Shown: positions 22,074 to 32,151 of the stretch, piece after piece
Position numbering within the stretch: the first letter of the stretch is position 1
Layout of the letters: the number at the start of each line of letters is the position of its first letter
Assembly (NCBI GenBank): GCA_963697475.1
Contig: CAVOOG010000002.1
Span: forward strand, 3,038 to 67,037
Reading direction: 5' to 3'
DNA from: an uncultured Actinomycetota bacterium
Lineage (GTDB): Bacteria; Actinomycetota; Actinomycetes; Mycobacteriales; Mycobacteriaceae
Length of the DNA stretch: 64,000 bases
Position numbers and translations under genes: made by a program
The notes under the pieces: model-generated
What the model saw: only the letters and a program-made list of their open reading frames with translations
What the model was told of the DNA's origin: nothing
Databases searched by the model: none

Positions 22074-24218
22074 TCAGTCCTCGGCGGCCTCGTCCACGAG
22101 AGTTGTGCACGCCGCTATGACGAATTCGGGCACGGCATCGAACTCTTTTGGATTCAGTTGCATTACGTACTCGTTCTCGATGTGGTATGTCTCGTTAACG
22201 AATTTAGTGAAAACTTCGTCGCCCTTGAAAGATTCAGGGTTCAGCGCCAGCAGCATTCGAAATAGTTGCACCTTCTCGTAACCGACGTCTGTTGCCTTGA
22301 AGCGAGCCTTGAGCGCCGCCTGATTCTTCGATTCTGCCACTAGCTGGCCGTAGTGGAAGTCAGGAATATATTTCCTGACTTCAGCTGTAGCGGCCGCCAT
22401 ATCGGCTTCGTTGAGGGGAATTTGTTCGCCTGAGGCGAGCTTCCGTGTTGGCATATTCCGAGCGTGGAGCAGGCTTGAAAGAAGTTCGTACTCGTCGCCT
22501 AGTGTGCCGTGGACTTCGAAACGACGTCGCAAATAAATGCATTGGATAAGCTGGTCTGTTGAAGACGAAATATTATCATCACAGACCTGGGAGAAAGTCT
22601 TGATGTCCGTCGCGGTGATGGGCTTTTCGACAAGCTGTCCTGATCGCCCGCTGAGGAAGTGAACCACTGGGTTGGTGGCAGCGAACTGCCCCGTGGTCCG
22701 CACGATATCGATCGCTGGTTCGATGTCGTGTGTCAAGAGAAGTGAGGTTGTGTCACGCAAGCTGTTCGTTCCGTGGAATAGCTGATGGAGGATTGCGAAC
22801 TTCTTCGTCTTGTCGAAACTGGATACCGGATCATCGAGCACTACGAGGTGCGGCTTCTTGTGCTGCACATCGTGCATGAATAAAACTAGTGCGAAAGCGT
22901 TCTTCTCTCCGTAACTCAGGTGGCTCGCAGCAGCCTCGATATGCCCGGGAGCATCTTCGTGTTCCAGCAACATCCGATAAGCGCCCTCGTTCGGCTCTAT
23001 TCGCACTGTGTAGCGATATCCTGCCGACTTCAAGAATGCATTGATATCGTCCTGGTTACGTTTAATAAGCCTCGCTACTCGCGTTTTCTGCTCGCCAATC
23101 CGCCGCCGAATGTCGTCGATCTGCGCGGCCACTTCGTCTAACTTTTCGTTGATCAGGCGCACGACGGACTGAGTCGCTTCTGAGCCGAGGGCGGGAAGGT
23201 AGTTGAGGTCGATCTTTAGTTCTCCGAGGACTGTTGCGATGTTCGCCTCGTCCCTGAGCGCATGGAAGGACAAGCCTTTGACCGCCGAGAGTTTCGTCAG
23301 CAAGGTTTCGACTTGGCTGCGGAGCGTGACGAGGAACGATTCTTGCTCAGGTGACAAGCCGCCGATTGAAGTAGTCAGGTCTTCGAGCTTCTGGAGATCA
23401 GAAGGCTCGAAGTAGCGTCCAAGCCTATCGATCACGTTCCGCAGCAAGCTCATGTTCTTGACTGCGGCGGACTCGTACTCTTCCGAGACCTTCGTTGCGG
23501 TTTGCTTGTCAACGCTCGGAACTGAGCAGAACGGGCAGTTATCCGAAAGCTGAAGAAATTCCTTGCCTTTGGACTGCCAGGTAATCCAAGCGGCCGGATT
23601 GTCGCTGTGAAGAAATCTCTCATACCCGCGTAGCTGCTCAGGGATGTTCTTAAGTTTCCCGCCCACGCTGAGGGCTTTGTAGCCTTTGCTTGTTTTGGCA
23701 ACGGCGCCACCCTTAGTGACGTTGAACGCGTCCCTGAGTTCATTGAAGCTCTCGAGCGCCTGGTTGAACTCTGCTTCGTCATCGAATGTTTGCTTCAGCG
23801 ATTGGAATTTTGACTCGATCTGAGCTAGGCCCTCTTGGAAATCCGCTGTGTTGATGAATATTTCGAAGCTATTCTTCAGGACTTCGTCCCGCTGAAACAC
23901 GAACTGCGACACATAATCATCGTTGAAGGTCATAACACTCGTGATACCGTCGGCTCCTTCGATAGAAGGGCGCGGGGCAGTCTTCAGCGACTTGTGTTTG
24001 AACGGCGTTAGCTCTTCTAGTTGTTCGTTGCCCACGGCCCGTAGCTCCAGCGCGCGAGCGATCGTGCTCTTGCCAATACCGTTGGGACCGTATTTGATGT
24101 TGAGCGAACCGTGTCGCAACGAGATTCTTCCTTCGGTAATGCTGTTGCAGTGCCGAATCGTGATATGAAGCTCCATTGAGGCGGTGGAAGAGGTCGCCTG
24201 CTCGTCAATTTGAGTCAT
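22074..24218 (-). CDS. RloC-like (AAA_13-type) ABC/SMC ATPase with Zn hook
   Basis: Walker A GPNGIGKS, CPFC hook inside coiled coil, LSYGEK signature, LVVLDDPVSSFD Walker B/D-loop, LLTHD H-switch. Confidence 0.75.
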   Translation of the reverse strand: MTQIDEQATSSTASMELHITIRHCNSITEGRISLRHGSLNIKYGPNGIGKSTIARALELRAVGNEQLEELTPFKHKSLKTAPRPSIEGADGITSVMTFNDDYVSQFVFQRDEVLKNSFEIFINTADFQEGLAQIESKFQSLKQTFDDEAEFNQALESFNELRDAFNVTKGGAVAKTSKGYKALSVGGKLKNIPEQLRGYERFLHSDNPAAWITWQSKGKEFLQLSDNCPFCSVPSVDKQTATKVSEEYESAAVKNMSLLRNVIDRLGRYFEPSDLQKLEDLTTSIGGLSPEQESFLVTLRSQVETLLTKLSAVKGLSFHALRDEANIATVLGELKIDLNYLPALGSEATQSVVRLINEKLDEVAAQIDDIRRRIGEQKTRVARLIKRNQDDINAFLKSAGYRYTVRIEPNEGAYRMLLEHEDAPGHIEAAASHLSYGEKNAFALVLFMHDVQHKKPHLVVLDDPVSSFDKTKKFAILHQLFHGTNSLRDTTSLLLTHDIEPAIDIVRTTGQFAATNPVVHFLSGRSGQLVEKPITATDIKTFSQVCDDNISSSTDQLIQCIYLRRRFEVHGTLGDEYELLSSLLHARNMPTRKLASGEQIPLNEADMAAATAEVRKYIPDFHYGQLVAESKNQAALKARFKATDVGYEKVQLFRMLLALNPESFKGDEVFTKFVNETYHIENEYVMQLNPKEFDAVPEFVIAACTTLVDEAAED

Positions 24219-24285
24219 TACCTACCCTTATCTGATTCGGGATGCGACGTCGCAAATTTCCCAGCACCTTCTGCGGGTCCCGAAA

Positions 24286-25485
24286 TCATCTTCCTTCTCG
24301 TTCCACTAATTTTCCGAGGCGTGCATCGTAGACGTAGTCGACGATCTCTCCGGACAAGATCATGTTGACTGCCTGGTTGATCACGCTTCGGCCCACAACA
24401 AACCATTCCGATGGGTCGTAGTTGCGGCCCTTGCGATCGACCTGGGAAAGGTCGAGCCGTACCTCAGCGAATACCCGGTGCAGCAGATGCTCTAGAGCCG
24501 AAGGCTTGAGGTTGTAGGTGCGATAGTCCTCGACGATCTTCACTGGAGCCATCAGGTAAGTCGGCGACTTTTCCGCGTTTTTGATCCGCTGCTCGACGCT
24601 CGTCGTGGAGAACCCGATCTTGTGGAGGTCGGCGATGCCAGCGACCAGGGGGTCCGAGCTAAGCGACCGGAGAACGTAGATGTGGCCGCTTTCGGTGTCG
24701 CCATCGAAGATCTCGTCGTCTCCGATGCCGGTGCGGACGACCGCTTGCCCCTCTTGCTCGTGGAGTCGGATGGATAGCGACTGCCGGTACATCGCGGACT
24801 CGGTGCCGTTCTCGAAGATCACTCGTAGTCTCTGCTTCGGCTCGGGTTTGCCGCCGACGACCATCGTCTTTGTTTCCCCGACGTCCGCTACGAACAGCAG
24901 CACTCCATTCAGGACGAAAAACCGGCCCTCCTGCACAGTGGGCAGGCCCCTGAATGGAGCCAGCTTGACCGCGCCCTCGGCGAGCTCGACGTGCTTGGCC
25001 TTGAAGAGGTGCTCGAACTGGTGGAAGTCAGTGCTTTTCTTACGTTTTGCCACCGAGTCGGGTGAATCCGGTGCCTTGCGAACCGGTAGGTCGGAGACGT
25101 CAAGCAATCCATACTCGTCCCCAAGCAAGTCAAATTCGTCGCCCTGCAGCACGTCGTCGATCGACGTCGGAGCCTCAGGAACGTCGAGCAGGCCGAAGTC
25201 GTCGAGTGGCTTCAGTGCTGCGATCTTCTCGTCGCTCGCAAGGATGCCGTCAAGGCGCGCCCCGAGCTTGCGCTCACCGATGTCTCGCGTCGAAGAACTC
25301 GGGGTCCGCCCTTGGGAACGCCGGAACTCGATCACCTCGAGGAATGCCCGCTCCAGCCGGTCCGAGGAGCTGACCTTCTGCGGCTTGTCTGGAGCGTCGA
25401 GCAGACCGTCGACATCGGAATCCAGCAGTGTCTCAATGTCGATGGGTGTGGCCACGGTGTCGGTCTGGTCTCCGGCGTTGCTCAT
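24286..25485 (-). CDS. GIY-YIG nuclease, T5orf172 domain (YeeC-like)
   Basis: GHIYVLRS...LHKIGFSTTSVEQRIKNAEKSPTYL...EHLLHRVF...EWF. Confidence 0.85.
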   Translation of the reverse strand: MSNAGDQTDTVATPIDIETLLDSDVDGLLDAPDKPQKVSSSDRLERAFLEVIEFRRSQGRTPSSSTRDIGERKLGARLDGILASDEKIAALKPLDDFGLLDVPEAPTSIDDVLQGDEFDLLGDEYGLLDVSDLPVRKAPDSPDSVAKRKKSTDFHQFEHLFKAKHVELAEGAVKLAPFRGLPTVQEGRFFVLNGVLLFVADVGETKTMVVGGKPEPKQRLRVIFENGTESAMYRQSLSIRLHEQEGQAVVRTGIGDDEIFDGDTESGHIYVLRSLSSDPLVAGIADLHKIGFSTTSVEQRIKNAEKSPTYLMAPVKIVEDYRTYNLKPSALEHLLHRVFAEVRLDLSQVDRKGRNYDPSEWFVVGRSVINQAVNMILSGEIVDYVYDARLGKLVEREGR

Positions 25486-27467
25486 GGTTCCTCCATCACC
25501 TCGGCGGCACGTTGCACGGCGAGACGCTCCTGTTTCTTCTTTTGCAGGAATAGCACTATCTCGGCGTACCGCTTCTCCGTCGGATCGTCAGAGCGGACGT
25601 TGGGTTTGCGGCCGTTGACCTTGGTCCACGCTTGGATCTTCGACCACGCGGTCAGGGCTTCGTCCTCAGTTACGTCGACACGGGTAGCGGTTATTGCATC
25701 GGAGATGATGCGCAGCACCGAAGGCGTGACCGACTTGCTCATGACCTCGAAGGCTCGCTGGAAGGGGTTGACCGAGTCGATGAGGTTGATGTTGATGTCG
25801 TCGATGTTGACGAACTTCTCGGCCATCTTGATGAACCGCTTGTCGCCGACTTCCCGGACTTCACCGTTCTTGATCACCGAGTCCACGACGACCTGCTGCC
25901 GCAGTTCCTCGACCTGGGACTCGTCCAAATCGGGGTATCGCTCGCGGATGATCTTCGGGATCAGGACCTTGTTTGTGGTCTCGGGGTCGAGCGATCCGGC
26001 GGCGGCTTTGGCGAAGGTGTTGTCTTGCAGGATCGTGGCTTTGAGATCGTTCAGGTCGGTCTCAACGATCTGCTTAACACGTTCGGTAGTTGGCTCCTTG
26101 AAGCCCGTGATTTTGATGGTGCCGGGAGGGTTGGGGTCTGGGTCCCCGGTCCGCTTCGTCTTGAAGATGAAGTTCTGTGCGAGCACCTGCTCCATGAGCA
26201 GCGAAGCGGTAATAGCCTTGAGCATGTTGTTCACCGACACCGTGACTTCCCCTTGCGAGGCGTCCGGTTCGGCGATTAAGTTGGTGAACTGGGCATGCTC
26301 CTTGCCAGGGCTGTCGCGGGTGACCCGGCCAATAATCTGGATGACCTCAGTCAGCGACGCCCGATAGCCGATGGTGAGCGCGTGCTCGGCGAAGGGCCAG
26401 TCGAACCCTTCCTTAGCCATCCCGAGCGCGATGATGATATCGACGCCGCCGCGCTCCTTGGAGGCGACGGTTGACAGGTAGTGCAAGGTATCCGCGCGCT
26501 TCTTCTGGTCCGCGTCGTCTACGAGATCCGCGACCTTGAGGACTTCTCCGGTGTCCACGCGGCGAATGCTGATGATCCCGGTGTCGGGATCCGTACCATC
26601 GACGTGGCCTATCGCGTCGATGATGAACCCGACCTCCTCGATCTTGTCCTTCGTCGACTCGCCCGAGTTCACGTTCGGGATATGGAGAATGGTCTTTTTA
26701 TCCAGGTCGAGCACTTCACCGATCGCGTCGGTGTATCGGCCCTGGTAGAAGTGATGCCCGATGCCCAGCGACTTGAGGTGTTCGTATCCGTTGAGCTGGT
26801 CGTAGTAGTTGAATGTGACCGGGGTGAACTTGGCCTCGTCCTCAGCTGACAGCACCGGCACCGAGTCGCCCCGGAAGTATGACCCGGTCATCGCGACGAT
26901 ATGTACGTCCGAGCCGTTCATCACCTCACGCAACAACGCTCCGAGTCGATTGCCCTCGGTGTCGGCCGAAACGTGGTGAAACTCGTCGATCGCCAGCACC
27001 GTGCCGTTGAACGCCTCGGGTGCGAGCCTCTCGAATGCGAACCGCAGCGTCGCGTGAGTGCAGACCAGCGTTGAGTCGGGTCCATTCAGGAAGTTGATGA
27101 ACGCATCGACCTTGCCCAAAGAGGAGCCAGGCGTGCACAGGTTGTGCTCTGGCTTGATCTCCCAGTCGGCGAAGAACCCGTGCTTCGTCAGGTCCGTCGA
27201 CGAGAACGAAGCACCGATGGACCGCTCGGGAACGGCGACGATCACCTTCTTCCGGCCCTGGTTGTAGAGCTTGTCCAGTGCGACGAACATCAGCGCTCGT
27301 GACTTGCCCGACGCCGGCGGGGCCTTCACCAGCAGATTCTGGGCATCTCGCCTGGCGAACACTCGTCGCTGCATTTCCCGCATGCCCATCGCATCGGTCT
27401 TCACAGACGCCCCGGTGCGCGCGTAGGTCACATCGACGAGGTTGACTGGCTTCCCAATTGTGTTCAC
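25482..27467 (-). CDS. SF2 helicase/ATPase (YeeB-like)
   Basis: MREMQ, APPASGKS, IDEFHH, AMTGS, EGFDWP, QIIGRVTRD; 4-bp overlaps with both neighbours. Confidence 0.88.
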   Translation of the reverse strand: MNTIGKPVNLVDVTYARTGASVKTDAMGMREMQRRVFARRDAQNLLVKAPPASGKSRALMFVALDKLYNQGRKKVIVAVPERSIGASFSSTDLTKHGFFADWEIKPEHNLCTPGSSLGKVDAFINFLNGPDSTLVCTHATLRFAFERLAPEAFNGTVLAIDEFHHVSADTEGNRLGALLREVMNGSDVHIVAMTGSYFRGDSVPVLSAEDEAKFTPVTFNYYDQLNGYEHLKSLGIGHHFYQGRYTDAIGEVLDLDKKTILHIPNVNSGESTKDKIEEVGFIIDAIGHVDGTDPDTGIISIRRVDTGEVLKVADLVDDADQKKRADTLHYLSTVASKERGGVDIIIALGMAKEGFDWPFAEHALTIGYRASLTEVIQIIGRVTRDSPGKEHAQFTNLIAEPDASQGEVTVSVNNMLKAITASLLMEQVLAQNFIFKTKRTGDPDPNPPGTIKITGFKEPTTERVKQIVETDLNDLKATILQDNTFAKAAAGSLDPETTNKVLIPKIIRERYPDLDESQVEELRQQVVVDSVIKNGEVREVGDKRFIKMAEKFVNIDDININLIDSVNPFQRAFEVMSKSVTPSVLRIISDAITATRVDVTEDEALTAWSKIQAWTKVNGRKPNVRSDDPTEKRYAEIVLFLQKKKQERLAVQRAAEVMEEP

Positions 27468-30190
27468 TCGTGTGCACCCCTTGTCGTCTTCGCCGACACC
27501 TTCGCGCCCGTGGCGCTTTCCTCGGCAGTCATCGCTTCATACATACCGAAGAGGTCCGACAAGCGCTGCTCATCCGTCTCGTAGCCGCGCTTGGAGTAGA
27601 TCGAATCCACCAGAGCATCGACCTCGGCGTGCGCCACCCGTAAGTCCTCCGGCATGAGATCGGGGTCGTACAATTCTGCGAGGGTTCTCTCGCAGTGGTA
27701 CTCACGCACGTCCAGCACCCGCAGCGCTACGAGTGCGAGTTTCTCCTTCGCCCCATTGGATAGGGGTGGGACTGGGAAGTTGTTGTAGACGATCGTGTTG
27801 GAGTATCGATAGTCGGTCTTCATCCGACCGCCGACCGCCCTTGTCCAGGCCATGTGAATCGCTGACGTGACCAACGCGAATACCCACGGCTCGGCATCGT
27901 AGACCGCAAACGCAAGATCGGAGATAACCGTGTCTGCATCCAAGAATCCAATGGGAATGTATTCGCGCCGCTCCGACGAGACTTTCGGGACGATAATTGA
28001 TTCGGTCGGCTTGTATCGAACTTCGCCGAATCGATGGGGGACAGAACTCAGTTTTCTGGTCGCTGATTTCTTGCTCTTAGAGCGCATCGAGGCTGTAGCG
28101 GCCAGCCGCTTGCGAATGGCAGGGTTCTCCTCGGCTTCTCCCTTCTGAAAGTCCTCGATCCAGAGGCAATAGCGCTCCTCGCCTTTGATGAACTCGGCAC
28201 TACCAGCGAATCGCTTTACGAAGCCGATTGCCCCGGGGTGGTCGGTAAGGAGTTCGGCTCTGTCGCCAGGGGAGAGCAGGAGATTGCCACCGTCGGTCGC
28301 CTGACTTCCCTTGGACATGACTGGAAGGATGGTTGTGAGTGGCTTGGGACGTGCGGTGACGAAAACTGATTCGGCGTCTGCGAGGTAGCCGTTGATATTC
28401 GTTGCTGCCATCTGCAGGTCATCGCTGTAGATGTACTTCGGTGCTGGCGACTGGTTGCGGAGACTGACGACTGCCACCGTAACTCCGGCATTGCGTTTAG
28501 CGTTGTTCTCCCATTTGAACGATGTGTACGCGAAGCCGATCTCAATCCCTCCTGCAAGCAGAGTGGGAAACAGCAATGCAACCTGTTCACCCTGGGTGAT
28601 CGAGTTGGTTGTGACAAAGGCCAACTGAGACCGGGTGCCACGGATGTAGTCGGCGCCTTTTACGAACCAGAGTGAGATGTAGTCCAAGTTCTTCGAGTAG
28701 ACCCGTCGCCCAAAAGTCGACTCGAAATCGGCTTTCTGGTCCGAGGTCTGCATGCTCGCCCCGGCGTAGGGTGGGTTTCCAATCAGGTAGATCTCAGATC
28801 GGCCATCGTTCGGGCACACGCCCGTCCAGTCGAGTCGCGCTGCGTTTCCTACTCGGATCTGACCGGTTTCTTTGAGCGGGATCAAAGGAATGGAGAGATT
28901 AAACTTTTCCTTGAACTCGCTGTTCATCTGGTGCTTCGCGATCCATAGCGAGAGGATAGCGACCTCGACGGCGAAGTCATCGATCTCGATGCCGTAGAAG
29001 TTCTCGATGCTGATCTTCGACTCCGCAAACAACACTTGATGCCTGGGATCGAGCTCGGCGAGTCGCTCCAAGATCGCGTGTTCAAGCTTGCGCAGCTCTT
29101 TGTATGCGATGATCAGGAAGTTCCCCGAACCGCAGGCGGGATCGAAGACCTGGATCGCGGCGATCCTCTCCAGCAGAGCTTCCAGTTTCTTAACGTTCTC
29201 GTATCCCGCGTCGAACTGCTCCTTCAGCCTGTCGAGGAACAGGGGTTCGATGGTCTTGAGTATGTTCGGCACCGAGGTGTAGTGCTGCCCAAGATCGGAT
29301 CGCTTGCCGGGAGTGACGATGGCTTGAAACATCGAACCGAAGATGTCGGGATTGATCTCGCGCCAGATCAAGGTGCCCAGCTCGACCAGCAGGTCGCGGG
29401 CCTTCCTCGTGAACTTCGGCACCACCTGGTCCGGCGAGACGGAGAACAGTCGTCCGTTTACGTAGGGGAATTTCGCGAGATAGGTTGGCTTTTCGGCGGC
29501 GTCTACAGTATCGAGTGCGGTGAAGAGATCGGCGAGGAAGTCGGTGACATCAGAGCCGTCGGCTTGTGTATGTGATCCGACAGCGTTGGTGAACTGACCG
29601 TCTGTGAAGATGCCGGTGTCCTCGGCGAAGAAGCAGAACAGCAACCTGGTGAAGAACACGTTCAGTGCGTGACGCCCGTGTGGCAGGCTCAGCAGGCCCG
29701 GATTGGCTCCGAGCAGCTCATCGAAGAGCTTGCCCATCCGTTCGGCGGCTTTGACGTCCGCGTGTGCCTCGGCGACGTACTGAGCTTTCTCCATGCCGGC
29801 CCAGGGCAGAAAGAAGGTGAAGTGCTGGTCGATGTCCCGGATCGGGATCATCAGGTTCTCGCCGGTCTTTGTGTCGATGGCGAGCAGTTCGCTGTAATCG
29901 GTGACGATGACGAACCGCGGGTTGTATCGAACCACGGCCGGTGAGGTCTTCAGCTCGTCGATCACCGCGAGCGGGTCGCCCGAAGTCTCTTTGAAGTAGA
30001 CGACGTTCTTCTGCGCGACTTCAGTCTCGGGATCATCGGCGACGTTGAGTGATCCCTTGCGTAGTCGGGTGACGTTCCCCAGAGGCTTCCCGTAGGCGAG
30101 CAGTAGGTCGAAAATGAACTCACGGTCGTAGGATTCGCGCCCTCCAAGCGGACCGACCCGCTCCTCGACTCCCTTGAGATTAAGCCTCAT
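27464..30190 (-). CDS. MmeI/YeeA-like N6-adenine DNA methyltransferase with target recognition domain
   Basis: FDPACGSGNFL (motif I), IGNPPY (motif IV), GQHYTS, RYSNTIVYNNFP; no clear N-terminal PD-ExK. Confidence 0.92.
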   Translation of the reverse strand: MRLNLKGVEERVGPLGGRESYDREFIFDLLLAYGKPLGNVTRLRKGSLNVADDPETEVAQKNVVYFKETSGDPLAVIDELKTSPAVVRYNPRFVIVTDYSELLAIDTKTGENLMIPIRDIDQHFTFFLPWAGMEKAQYVAEAHADVKAAERMGKLFDELLGANPGLLSLPHGRHALNVFFTRLLFCFFAEDTGIFTDGQFTNAVGSHTQADGSDVTDFLADLFTALDTVDAAEKPTYLAKFPYVNGRLFSVSPDQVVPKFTRKARDLLVELGTLIWREINPDIFGSMFQAIVTPGKRSDLGQHYTSVPNILKTIEPLFLDRLKEQFDAGYENVKKLEALLERIAAIQVFDPACGSGNFLIIAYKELRKLEHAILERLAELDPRHQVLFAESKISIENFYGIEIDDFAVEVAILSLWIAKHQMNSEFKEKFNLSIPLIPLKETGQIRVGNAARLDWTGVCPNDGRSEIYLIGNPPYAGASMQTSDQKADFESTFGRRVYSKNLDYISLWFVKGADYIRGTRSQLAFVTTNSITQGEQVALLFPTLLAGGIEIGFAYTSFKWENNAKRNAGVTVAVVSLRNQSPAPKYIYSDDLQMAATNINGYLADAESVFVTARPKPLTTILPVMSKGSQATDGGNLLLSPGDRAELLTDHPGAIGFVKRFAGSAEFIKGEERYCLWIEDFQKGEAEENPAIRKRLAATASMRSKSKKSATRKLSSVPHRFGEVRYKPTESIIVPKVSSERREYIPIGFLDADTVISDLAFAVYDAEPWVFALVTSAIHMAWTRAVGGRMKTDYRYSNTIVYNNFPVPPLSNGAKEKLALVALRVLDVREYHCERTLAELYDPDLMPEDLRVAHAEVDALVDSIYSKRGYETDEQRLSDLFGMYEAMTAEESATGAKVSAKTTRGAHE

Positions 30191-30335
30191 CGTGATACTC
30201 CTTCCGGCACAAGCGCAATCGCATGAAACACCTGTGCTGATCGTGCAGCATGTCGCTCCCTGGTTGTGACGCGAGAACAGCCCGCTTTTGTCTCACGTGA
30301 TTCGCTTCGCCCTCGGCTACGTCGTCCGCTGGCAT

Positions 30336-31844
30336 TCATCCGTTGCCAGTTGCGTATCGGCCCCACGGCTGCGCTACGAGTGCAGCATGCCGATGTACCA
30401 CCTGATCGCTGTAGCCCAGCATCTCGGCGACAACTGGCGGCGGCACCTGTGTGACCAGCTCGCGCAGGGCGGTGTTTCGAGCCCCCAGTAGGTCGACGCC
30501 GAGCCAGCGAAGGCGAGACATCAGCGAGTCAGGATGCAGATGCTCACCGGGTCGATATCCCGGAAACAGCCAAGGGTTGTCTGCTCCACTTGTGCGGAGA
30601 TTGGGCCTGCTGCCCACGTGGCTTCTTAATAGCTCGGCGAATGGCTCAGGGACAGGCGAAGGCGTGACGCCGAGTTCTAGTGAGAGCCCATCGGGCGCGA
30701 CGAGCACCTTGCTCATCGGTATGGCGGCAACCTTCACAAGCGGCTGGGCGTAGAGGAGTAGCAGAGTTCCCGCGACGCGGTAGGGAAGTGATTCACTGTC
30801 GCCGGTCAGAAGCTCGCGGATCCACTCGAGCCGTTGATCTTGCGTGAGGACTCTGACGGTTTTCGCTTGCCTGAATCCGAGTGTGACCGACGGGTTGATC
30901 CGCTTTTTCTTGCACCAGATGATGAAGGTCCGAATGAGGTGCCGCGTTGTCGGACCTGTTGCGACCCAAAGGTCCACATCTTGCTGAGTGCAGTCGGCGA
31001 TCGTTCGTCCATGTTCGGTTCGAAGCCACTCAAGGAACTTCAGTGCCTCAGTGATGTCCTGCTTCGAAGCGTGAACGGGTCCGCGAGTCGGCTTCCCGGC
31101 GAGTGCTAGATCGTTGATTCGTTTGAGGTGGTGCCAGGTAGCGAATTGCCTTATCGGCGTGGCAATCTGGGGATCTGAGACTTGGCGCAGCTTATCTTCG
31201 ATCCACCGCTCGAAGTAGGCGAGATACTTGTCACGGGTCGGTAGCACTTCATGGTGCTGCAGGATTGCCCGGAGATGGTCGACGTGCCGACCCGCGGGCT
31301 CGTACTGGTCCAGGCCGTCGTGGGTGAGGGAAGTGGTGCCATCTCCGAGGGAGCGTAGGAGCCCCTGAACCTTGTCCGACCGTTTCCACGTGATGATGCT
31401 CTCGGCGCGATCGGCTTCGCACAAGGCGTCGATGAGTTGAGAGAATCCCGCGGGGGAGTCGGAGTGCACGAACGTTCTCTCGAGATCCTCACGGAGGCTG
31501 CACCGCGCGCATACGTTGCGGCGGTAGGGCCGGCGCTCCTCATTGCATGACGTGCAGTAGAAGCTGTGGCGGATACGCGCGCAGTCTCGACACACCGGTT
31601 GCTCGCCGATGTCCAGCCGGCCGGGAAGGAGGCGGTGAAATCCACAGCTGGGGCAGTCACCGTAGAGGCTAGTTGCTTCGTAGTAGCAGGAATTGCAGAT
31701 GCGGCCGTCTGGCCATGTTGCTGCCGTGCGCCGCATCTCGCGATGGCAGCGGGCACACTCCATTGATCCGTCGGTGACTTTGGGTCGTCCGCGAACGGTG
31801 TTCCGGCGATGCGGATCAATCGTCATCGCTGAGGATCCGAGCAC
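30336..31844 (-). CDS. Zn-finger protein (six CxxC) with degenerate recombinase-like C-terminus
   Basis: CARC, CNSC, CPSC, CRDC, CTSC, CARC in first 140 aa; NPWLFPG...GARNTAL...VVAEMLGYS at C-terminus. Confidence 0.75.
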   Translation of the reverse strand: MLGSSAMTIDPHRRNTVRGRPKVTDGSMECARCHREMRRTAATWPDGRICNSCYYEATSLYGDCPSCGFHRLLPGRLDIGEQPVCRDCARIRHSFYCTSCNEERRPYRRNVCARCSLREDLERTFVHSDSPAGFSQLIDALCEADRAESIITWKRSDKVQGLLRSLGDGTTSLTHDGLDQYEPAGRHVDHLRAILQHHEVLPTRDKYLAYFERWIEDKLRQVSDPQIATPIRQFATWHHLKRINDLALAGKPTRGPVHASKQDITEALKFLEWLRTEHGRTIADCTQQDVDLWVATGPTTRHLIRTFIIWCKKKRINPSVTLGFRQAKTVRVLTQDQRLEWIRELLTGDSESLPYRVAGTLLLLYAQPLVKVAAIPMSKVLVAPDGLSLELGVTPSPVPEPFAELLRSHVGSRPNLRTSGADNPWLFPGYRPGEHLHPDSLMSRLRWLGVDLLGARNTALRELVTQVPPPVVAEMLGYSDQVVHRHAALVAQPWGRYATGNG

Positions 31845-32151
31845 GTTTGGGGCGGATGGCCTTGTTCAGTTCGACGACGTTCTCTCGGCCGGCACTAGCG
31901 GCTTTCTTGCGGGCATCCGCAGCGGTAACCGTGACGAGATCGTCTGGGCCGCAGTCAAAGATGTCGCAGAGCGCGGCGATGAGCTTCAGAGAAACTCGTT
32001 CGGGTCGTTGGTGGACGAGCCGGTAGACCTGTGGCCGTGACAGCGTGATCCCGCGTTCGTTCAGCCGCGGCATGAGATCCGTGCTGTTGTGCATCTGGTT
32101 GCTGGCCATAAGTTCGGCGAGGCGCCATTGGTAATCGACATCGCGTTTCAT
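31816..32151 (-). CDS. Xre/Cro-C1 type HTH regulator
   Basis: WRLAELMA...LSRPQVYRLV...PERVSLKLIAALCDIFDCGPDDL. Confidence 0.85.
   Translation of the reverse strand: MKRDVDYQWRLAELMASNQMHNSTDLMPRLNERGITLSRPQVYRLVHQRPERVSLKLIAALCDIFDCGPDDLVTVTAADARKKAASAGRENVVELNKAIRPKRARILSDDD

Noticed and set aside
27464-30190. Calling the methylase a self-sufficient MmeI-type restriction enzyme
   Set aside because: No PD-ExK catalytic motif visible in the N-terminus; better described as YeeA/DnmA-like
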